This document shows positions 36,996-44,236 of a stretch of 44,236 nucleotides of DNA, piece by piece. The notes under the pieces were generated by a model. The model was not told the origin of the DNA, searched no databases, and saw only the letters and a program-made list of their open reading frames with translations. The translations under genes and the position numbers were made by a program. This stretch comes from Tubiluchus corallicola (taxonomy: Eukaryota > Animalia > Priapulida). The stretch spans positions 1 through 44,236 of the forward strand of contig JAQGDQ010000983.1 of assembly GCA_030141605.1 (NCBI GenBank). Reading direction: 5' to 3'. Position 1 is the stretch's first letter; every line of letters begins with the position of its first letter.

Positions 36996-37354
36996 CCAAT
37001 AAGCCCTTTCACCCTTTCGTTGTGTGCATGCGTAGTTGCTGTAGGTCAAAGGTTGTGTACCACAGCAGTTCATCTTAACTACAACCATCACGTGACATGT
37101 GGGTAAAGCATAGCAGTCTGCTGCATCAGTTCAGTAACTTCAGTTGTTTTACCTGGACTTTAATTAGTTATGCATTAGTCTGTGCGTAGAGTGATTTACT
37201 AGAAGGATCTTGCTTGAGAACAAGAAAAAATGAACTACATAAGGTTCTAGCTGTTACGATTGTCTAGTGTACGCAAATGTGTTGTTAGGTACACTTAACC
37301 TTTGACCTTTCCACGATCATCATCAATCGCTGGAACTGTGAAAAGGCTTATTGG
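36996..37354 (+). mobile_element. MITE family A, full-length copy
   Basis: 17-bp inverted termini CCAATAAGCCCTTTCAC / GTGAAAAGGCTTATTGG (1 mismatch); four copies in the window. Confidence 0.85.
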
Positions 37355-37740
37355 TTATCAGTTGAAAATGGCTAATTCTGCAAGATTAACTACGAAAGCT
37401 TAGAATGATAACATTAGGCTAGAAGAAGTTGATGTGTTCAAATTTTTTCTGCAATTTTATTTCTGCACATTCTGTTTATGTGTTTCAACTTGTACAAGAT
37501 TATGAAAATAATGTAGCGCAGAAAGAAATGTTTAGATTTTTCGGTATCAACTCATAAGACATTAATTATCGCATATGCAGTCACAACGAACTTAGCGAAA
37601 GATTGTTTGAGTTGTATAGAAAATAAGGAATTTATTTCTTATCAAAGTATCAATTGAGATAAATGTTAGAGTATGTGGTATCTTTTTAAATTAATTACAT
37701 ATGTTACTGTAGTGTAGTGTAGTTCGAAAATCAATGATCG

Positions 37741-38294
37741 TAATAATGATAATAATACTAACAACAACAACAATAGCAACAGCAGCATCTGCAGCAACAA
37801 CAACAACAACAACAGTAGCATCCGCAGCAGCAGCAACAACATTAACAACTTCAACAGCAGCAACAACAGCAACAGCAGCATCAACTTCAACAACAACAAC
37901 AAAAATCACAAGAACAACAACAACAACAACAGCAGCAGCAGTAAAAACAACAACAACAACAACAATGGCAGTGGCAACAGCAGCAGCAGCAACAACAACA
38001 ACAACAACAATGGCAGAGGCAACAGCAGCAGCAACAACAACAACAGCAACAGCAGCAGCAATAACAACAGCAACAACAACAATAGCAACAGCATCTGCAG
38101 CAACAACAGCAACAACAACAGCATCAACCTCAACAACAGCAACAGCAGCAGCAACAACTACAACAACAACAGCAGCAGCAGCCGGCGGTGGCGACGACGA
38201 CGCAACGGCAACAACAACAATAGCAACAGCAGCATCTGCAGCAACAACAGCAACAACAACAGCAGCAGCAATAGCAACAAGAACAACAACAATA
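37741..38294. repeat. Degenerate (CAA/CAG)n trinucleotide tract, intronic
   Basis: Read directly; lies between the two SH3-1 exons. Confidence 0.95.
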
Positions 38295-38596
38295 AAAAAG
38301 TCACTGTACACAAGTCTACAAAAAATAAATAGGTACACAGTTACTTAATATTAATGAATTACTGTAATACGTGTCATATATGAAACTTTGAAAATATTAT
38401 AGGCCGCCAGTCAGACTACAATTAGGCCTCTCTTAATATTTATGATATAAATTAATTCAAAATTACTGGCAAACATAAATTCTAATGTCGCACATGCGCA
38501 GATGATCCACATTGTTAATTATAATCATACTATTCTATACAAAAATATCGTCCATGAAATCATTTCGTAATGTCAACCTGGTGATTGTTGTTTCAG

Positions 38597-38789
38597 CGCC
38601 GGTGACAAACTTATTGTAACCGATTCGTCAGATTTGCAATGGTGGAAAGGTAAACTTGTGGGCGGACAGGTGGGCTACTTTCCGTCTGCATGTGTAATGA
38701 GAGTTTACTCAGGTGAGAAGGTTGTACAGGTAACGCATAGTCTGCAGCTCAACGATGCAGGATACAACATCAAGTTAAGCAGAGAACAG
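38597..38789 (+). CDS. STAC: STAC-like exon, SH3-1 core and start of SH3-2
   Basis: Acceptor ttgttgtttcag|, donor CAG|gtaaac. Encodes AGDKLIVTDSSDLQWWKGKLVGGQVGYFPSACVMRVYSGEKVVQVTHSLQLNDAGYNIKLSREQ, with SH3 hallmarks GDxL, WWKG and GYFPS and a short linker into a second SH3. Phase 2 to 0. Confidence 0.92.
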
Positions 38790-39249
38790 GTAAACTGGTG
38801 GATGCTGATTAATTTTTACTTTATTTGGTTGAAATTTCTCTTGTTGTTACATACATTGCTACTTTAAAGGAAAAATCGGACGATTGTTTAGACTCGAACT
38901 CATTTTAATTTACTGTCCAAAATATACATTTTCGTGCCTATAAAAGTTTGCAGTTGTTTCTAATATTTGAATAATTACCTTGGAAAGTTAATTACCGGCA
39001 AACGAATGCAGCTGTCGCTTACATCACAAATTAACCGCAGTTTGAGCAATGGTAGGCATCTTCCCTGTGCATCAAGCACGTTTGCTTAAGCGAAGATTGC
39101 TATAAGACGTTGATGTTATGTCACGAAAATGAGCTCTACTTCACAGACGAACACTGTAGTTCGTGATCATGCTTGTCATGGTACCGCGCCTATTTGTCGG
39201 CCCCGTGAATGTGACAAAAAAGCATCATTGCCAGTCTTAGACAGCACGT

Positions 39250-39660
39250 CATACCCTCACTCGTAGACTGTTTGCTAGGTGCAATCTTGACAGCATGTCA
39301 TACCCTGACCAATTAGCATTTTTAAATCTTGATCCACTTGAAGTTCAACGAATTCACTGTGACCTGACAATGTGTTATTCTACATTACACGAAGACAGTA
39401 CCATAGACAAACACGTATCTTTTAACAAAGTACCTCTATCTAATCTAACCAGGGGGCACCACTTGAAGTTACAACCCGCTCACTGTCGACTTGATTGTTT
39501 TAAAAACTTTTTCTCAAACATAATAATTCAAATCTGGAATCAACTCCCTGAGTTTCTGTTGGTCGTGCATCCTTGGTCTGTGCTCAGAGTAGCAAAGTTT
39601 TTAAAAATGTTTAAAAGATGTAAATCTTAATCAATTATCTTTCAACAGGGCTATGTAAGT
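39250..39660 (+). mobile_element. CR1/L2-group LINE 3' fragment in the last STAC intron
   Basis: TRRLFARCNLDSMSYPDQLAFLNLDPLEVQRIHCDLTMCY...TRGHHLKL...FFSNIIIQIWNQLPE matches the SYxxRL...L..RR...DL...TRGH..KL...FFS.R....WN.LP pattern of CR1-type ORF2 C-termini. Confidence 0.85.
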
Positions 39661-39862
39661 AACCTTGGCTCTGTGCTTTTAACCGTAATCTTTTCACTAG
39701 CCATTTTTATCTATAAAATTTATATCTATGCTGTATATACGTTTTATCTTCGTTACATATTTTATACTTGTAAATATTTTTCATCTTTTTGAAACTAATG
39801 GCTGCCATAAGACGCAACTGCACAAATTTTCTTCTTTATAAAAATTCGTCGATTTTTTTCAG

Positions 39863-39970
39863 ATAATTTTGCAGTTGAGTGAAGAGGAAGATGGAATGGC
39901 TGTGATAAGAGTCAGTGAGAAGGAAGTCAAATGTCCTATCAAATATTTACGAACTCTTTGGTCAACATGA
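39863..39970 (+). CDS. STAC: STAC-like terminal coding exon, end of SH3-2
   Basis: Acceptor gatttttttcag|. Encodes IILQLSEEEDGMAVIRVSEKEVKCPIKYLRTLWST, stop TGA at 39968-39970. The GMxxIR...CPIKYL ending resembles invertebrate Stac C-termini as I recall them. Confidence 0.88.
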   Translation: MILQLSEEEDGMAVIRVSEKEVKCPIKYLRTLWST

Positions 39971-40068
39971 AGATACGGTCAGTTTCTGTCAATGGTCAAT
40001 ATAAATGGTCAACCATTGGCTGTCAATGGTTAATGAAATTGCTTAACGTCAGTGTGTCGTTACTGTAA

Positions 40069-40459
40069 AATCAGCCTTTTCACAGTTCCAGCGATTGATG
40101 ATGATTGTGAAAAGGTCAAAGGTTAAGTGTACCAGACAACGCATTTGTGCACACTTGACGCCTTGCAGCCCATGCTATTGTAATAGTAACAGTTGTAACA
40201 GCTAGCCAGAATCTTACCTAGTTCATTTTTTCTCGTTCCCATGCAAAATCCTGCTAGTAAATCACTCTACGCACAGACTAATGCATAATTAAGTAAAGCC
40301 TACGGAAAAACAACTGAAGCTACTGAACTGATGTGGCAGACGGCATTACTTTAGCCTGACGGTACGTGATGGTTGTACTTAAGATACGTTGCTATGGAAC
40401 ACTTAACATTTGACCTGCAGCGACTGTGCGCACAACAAAACTGTGAAAAGGTTTATTGG
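40069..40459 (-). mobile_element. MITE family A copy, about 100 nt after the STAC stop codon
   Basis: AATCAGCCTTTTCACAGTT ... AACTGTGAAAAGGTTTATTGG. Confidence 0.85.
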
Positions 40460-40935
40460 TACCAGAATTTAGCTGGCACTTCATTATTGCAAAACATGAA
40501 ATTGGTACCAGAATTTAGCTGGCACTTCATTATTGCAAAACATGGAATTGATACCAGATTTTAGCTGGCACTTCATTATTGCAAAACATGAAATTGGTAC
40601 CAGATTTTAGCTGGCACTTCATTATGGCAAAACATGGAATTGCTACCAGATTTTAGCTGGCACTTCATTATTGCAAAACATGAAATTGGTACCAGATTTT
40701 AGCTGGCACTTCATTATGGCAAAACATGGAATTGCTACCAGATTTTAGCTGGCACTTCATTATTGCAAAACATGAAATTGGTACCAGATTTTAGCTGGCA
40801 CTTCATTATGGCAAAACATGGAATTGCTACCAGATTTTAGCTGGCACTTCATTATTGCAAAACATGAAATTAGTACCAGATTTTAGCTGGCACTTCATTA
40901 TGGCAAAACATGAAATTGGTACCAGATTTTAGCTT
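40458..40935. repeat. 46-bp minisatellite, about 10 units, with alternating variants
   Basis: Unit GGTACCAGATTTTAGCTGGCACTTCATTATTGCAAAACATGAAATT. Confidence 0.97.
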
Positions 40936-41212
40936 GCACTTTTTCTTGTTGACTGATGAAGATCATGAATTTGTATTTCAATTTTTCTTCCATTTATTAT
41001 TTATTGACGTTTCTAAAGTATTTAAATCATGTTTTATTTGGCAGTGCCAACTGCAAAGTATTGTAAAGTGTACAGGATCAGTTTTCACTTGCTAGACGAA
41101 GTGATTTTATCAGGGATAGAAGTATTTAACATAAGAATACATAGTGTCACAAGCAGCATAATATTTATTGTAAATAAACCGTTTCTTTCTATAGTATCTA
41201 CACAGTTTCTTA

Positions 41213-41957
41213 AGCCCATTTCACACTGAAGGGAATTTCCTTGCAGCAGTCCTCACGAAAATGGAACACATTGTTTTCTATTACTCATTTCACGTTAAGG
41301 ACGCGAGGCAAAATTTCTCATGCAGTTCTGCACGAGGAATTCTGCTGCGAGCTAGAAGCTATGCGTCCTCCTCGTGAGAAATTTTGTCGCATGGTAGAAA
41401 TACTGAATGTTCTATTTTTGTGAGGAATCTTTGCACTATTTGCTAGATAATGGAATTTAGTCTTAAAATTAATTAATCAGTTACTTCGTTCTTGCTTAAA
41501 GAACAATAATTAACATATTTCGGCATAAGGTTATAAGATTTAATCTCTATTTTAACAGACTGACGATTTTGTGTTTTATTAATGCAACATTGATGGTTGT
41601 ATTCGTGATAAAGAAAAATAACGCAGGCATATAATTATTTTATATATGTATATTTTCAGATCTTGTAGTGGTTAGTAGAACTTCACTAAAAAAACAAACA
41701 GTTCTGACATTACACTGACTAACATCATTAATTGCACTTTGTATATGAGAAATATGGCAAGTATAACTTAATTTAGACATGATTATATAGTATAAAACTG
41801 GCAAAGTAACTGCAGCTACCTGGACACTTGGAAAAACTGCGCGTTTCACTGTGAAATGAGCTTTCTTACTGCCTGGGATTTCGAGAAAAAAATCGGAAAT
41901 TTTCTGACAGCAATTCTGTGCGTCATTTTTGCTTGCATCCTCAGTGTGAAATGGGCC
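41213..41957. mobile_element. PIF/Harbinger-like MITE, 745 bp
   Basis: TTA|AGCCCATTTCACACTGA ... TCAGTGTGAAATGGGCC|TTA: 17-bp TIR (1 mismatch) and a 3-bp TTA TSD. Confidence 0.88.
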
Positions 41958-42679
41958 TTAGGCGGTAATGTCTTGAACTTTTTCTCCGCATTCTTTACAC
42001 TCCATTTACTTTTTGTAGTTTAGTTATGCATTATATCTTATAATACCTAAGATATTTCTAATGCTAAATATTTCTAATATTTAATGCTATAACTTGAAAT
42101 TAAACTATGCTATGGCTAAGTTCATCGAAAATAAATTTTCAGCTTTTCCTAGTATTCTGTTTAGTTGTTATAACATAATGTAAAAGTTTCATGCAGTTAA
42201 GAATATTTTCGTGTAATTACGATGTAATTTAAATGTGATTCAGTTCTTTTTCGAACTGCTTGTGTAAACTAGATGGCGCTGTGCCAAATCTTTGAATCAA
42301 AATATCCCTTTCGATGTATTATATAATGCAGGGTGCTATTGACATTTATTACTAAGGAAAATATTTAAGTTTGATTGTTAATTCTGTGTTTTCATTTTTA
42401 TGTTGATCTGTGAAAATAAACGCAAGATATTAAAGCGAGTGTTTTGCGAGTTTGAAACAATAAAGACCAAAGTTTTCATACAGTAACTCAGTAAAGAAAA
42501 GGTTTAAAAGGTTAATAGTTTCAGGGATGAGAATTACAAATTGCAAAAAAACTCTGAAACAGGCTGTGGGCAGCCACAAATTACAATTTTGTGACCATAG
42601 AGAGCCTCTAAGTGGACTTAAAATATCAATTACCTAGTTTCATGCATAATTTAAAATACCCAACTATCAAGGATACATG

Positions 42680-42890
42680 ATACCTAATTGTTTCAAAAAC
42701 GCCTAAGTACTGACCGCTCCTATGCAAAAGTATATAAAAACTGTCTGCAATTGACTCAAATAACTCCGCACAATTGATTCTATATTTTTATACATAGAGA
42801 TCTACACGTGGTTACACTGATGTACATGATGTAAACAAAGTGACGGCCTGCCAACTAGCGGTCAGCTTGTGAAATAATGCACTGGGTCCG
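42680..42890 (+). mobile_element. Dispersed repeat family B copy
   Basis: CTAATTGTTTCAAAAAC...CAAAAGTATATAAAAACTG...GTAAACAAAGTGACGGCCTGCCAACTAGCGGTCAG, shared with 43478-43786. Confidence 0.75.
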
Positions 42891-43104
42891 TAAACATTTT
42901 CTCAGCGAATTTACGCGATTTACAAAAATGGCACTACTGGTCTTCCAAAAACTTGGAATTCCACGTATCCTCGGAAGATTCTTATCCCTGTAGTTTAAAC
43001 ACGAAGAAGCCCTGAATGCTCAAAGGTTCCTAAAATATCTTTTCTTTATTAACCAAAAACTGAAATAAGAGTTATGAAAAAGAGAACCATGCAGTCATAT
43101 CTTA

Positions 43105-43786
43105 ATTTGTCAGGCAAAAGCGGGGAGACATCGGTATTTTACCGATACAAAGCTAATACAGTAAGCACCCTGTATTAGACTCACGTTGATGTAGAATCAA
43201 TGTTTTGCTAAAGTGATTATGCAGATGTCTTTGAAGGTCTAGGTAAACTTCCTGGAACACTGCACTTAGAAGTAGATCCCACTTCTGACACCATGTTACA
43301 TGCTACAATAATATTAGCAACCAGACAAATGCGTGCATAATAAAGTAGTATTTATTAAATGAATTAGGAACTTAAAGAAAGAAGATCAGAACAGCAAGAC
43401 AGTCTAGAATGCAGAACACTGCTAAGCAATCACCGAGATCTTTGATCTACACAAACCATATCTATGGTATTGTTACACTAATTGTCTCAAAAACATCTAG
43501 TACAGACAGCTCCTATTCAAAAGTATATAAAAACTGTTGGCGATTCACTCACATACCACTGCAATTGACTATATTTTTTCAACACATGCTTAAATAAGAC
43601 ACTTTTGTGTGTGTAATGCGCTTTTACTGTTTTTAAGCCGTCTCACTTCGCTTTCATGCACTATAGAATCGTAGAAACAAACACGTTAAGTACAGTTGGT
43701 TGGTAAGAGTTACACGCTGCTTTGTTACACTGACGTAATGTTGTAAACAAAGTGACGGCCCGCCAACTAGCGGTCAGTTCGCGAAA
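43105..43786 (+). mobile_element. Dispersed repeat family B copy interrupted by an insertion of about 275 bp
   Basis: 43105-43200 and 43478-43786 match contiguous parts of the 34960..35300 copy (reverse complement). Confidence 0.68.
43212..43283 (+). mobile_element. Short Ty3/Gypsy-like pol fragment
   Basis: Translates as SDYADVFEGLGKLPGTLHLEVDPT, typical of the segment just before RT in Gypsy pol. Only 24 codons. Confidence 0.55.
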
Positions 43787-43789
43787 CAA

Positions 43790-44236
43790 GGTAGCTGTAT
43801 TTCTGTATAAGTTTGAGCTCTGGGCATTAAAACCAAATCATAATGCTGAAATCGGTGCGTTTCAAAGGCGAAATTACAGAAACATTTTGGGTATCAGATG
43901 GCCAAAGAAAATTTCAAACAAAGATCTATATGAAAAAATAAAAGAAGAACCTTGGACAAGAAAAATAAAAAGACGCCGTTTAAGATGGATTGGGCATATG
44001 CTTAGACTATCTGATGATATTCCAGTGAAGATAGCTCTTCAACAAGCCATAGAACCAGCTAAAAAACCTGCAGGAGGACAAATGTTAACATATTTAGATT
44101 TTGCACAGAAAGATTTAAACACTTCAGCATTGATCCCTAGAAATAAATGCACTTGGGGCATTGCGGCGTGCAGGGAGTCCTGGCATAGGGAGGTGAGCAG
44201 AATCATGTCACTGGACGTGTGATTCATTGGATGATG
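43790..44236 (+). mobile_element. RTE-clade LINE 3' fragment
   Basis: VFLYKFELWAL...AFQRRNYRNILGIRWPKKISNKDLY...IKRRRLRWIGHMLRL is the RTE ORF C-terminal signature; stop at 44222, then GATGATG at the window edge. Confidence 0.88.

Noticed and set aside
38864-39240. Possible further TTAA-AGG (Kolobok-like) element end
   Set aside because: Only one terminus is recognisable and there is no second copy in the window.

Overview
AT-rich, repeat-dense animal (probably invertebrate bilaterian) genomic DNA; nothing here is prokaryotic. One spliced gene can be assembled by hand on the + strand: a STAC-like (SH3 and cysteine-rich domain) adaptor with 10 GT-AG exons from 22153 to 39970 (1221 nt, 406 aa, all exon phases compatible). 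It has the VDPVYE linker motif and tandem C-terminal SH3 domains. Its C1 zinc finger appears degenerate, and its N-terminus carries a calmodulin-binding-like helix (RERWKKAFKKM). The rest of the window is more than 15 unrelated minisatellite arrays, microsatellites, 3' fragments of LINEs (RTEX-, CR1- and RTE-like), a short Gypsy-like fragment and several non-autonomous TIR transposon families (hAT-like, PIF/Harbinger-like, Kolobok-like, unclassified). A >=2.3 kb block is locally duplicated. Most long ORFs in the supplied track are repeat artefacts. I found no clearly new multi-gene system. The best leads are the atypical STAC N-terminus and the repeated coincidence of minisatellites with transposon ends. 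All family assignments are from motif recall, not database searches, and repeat boundaries and copy numbers are approximate.
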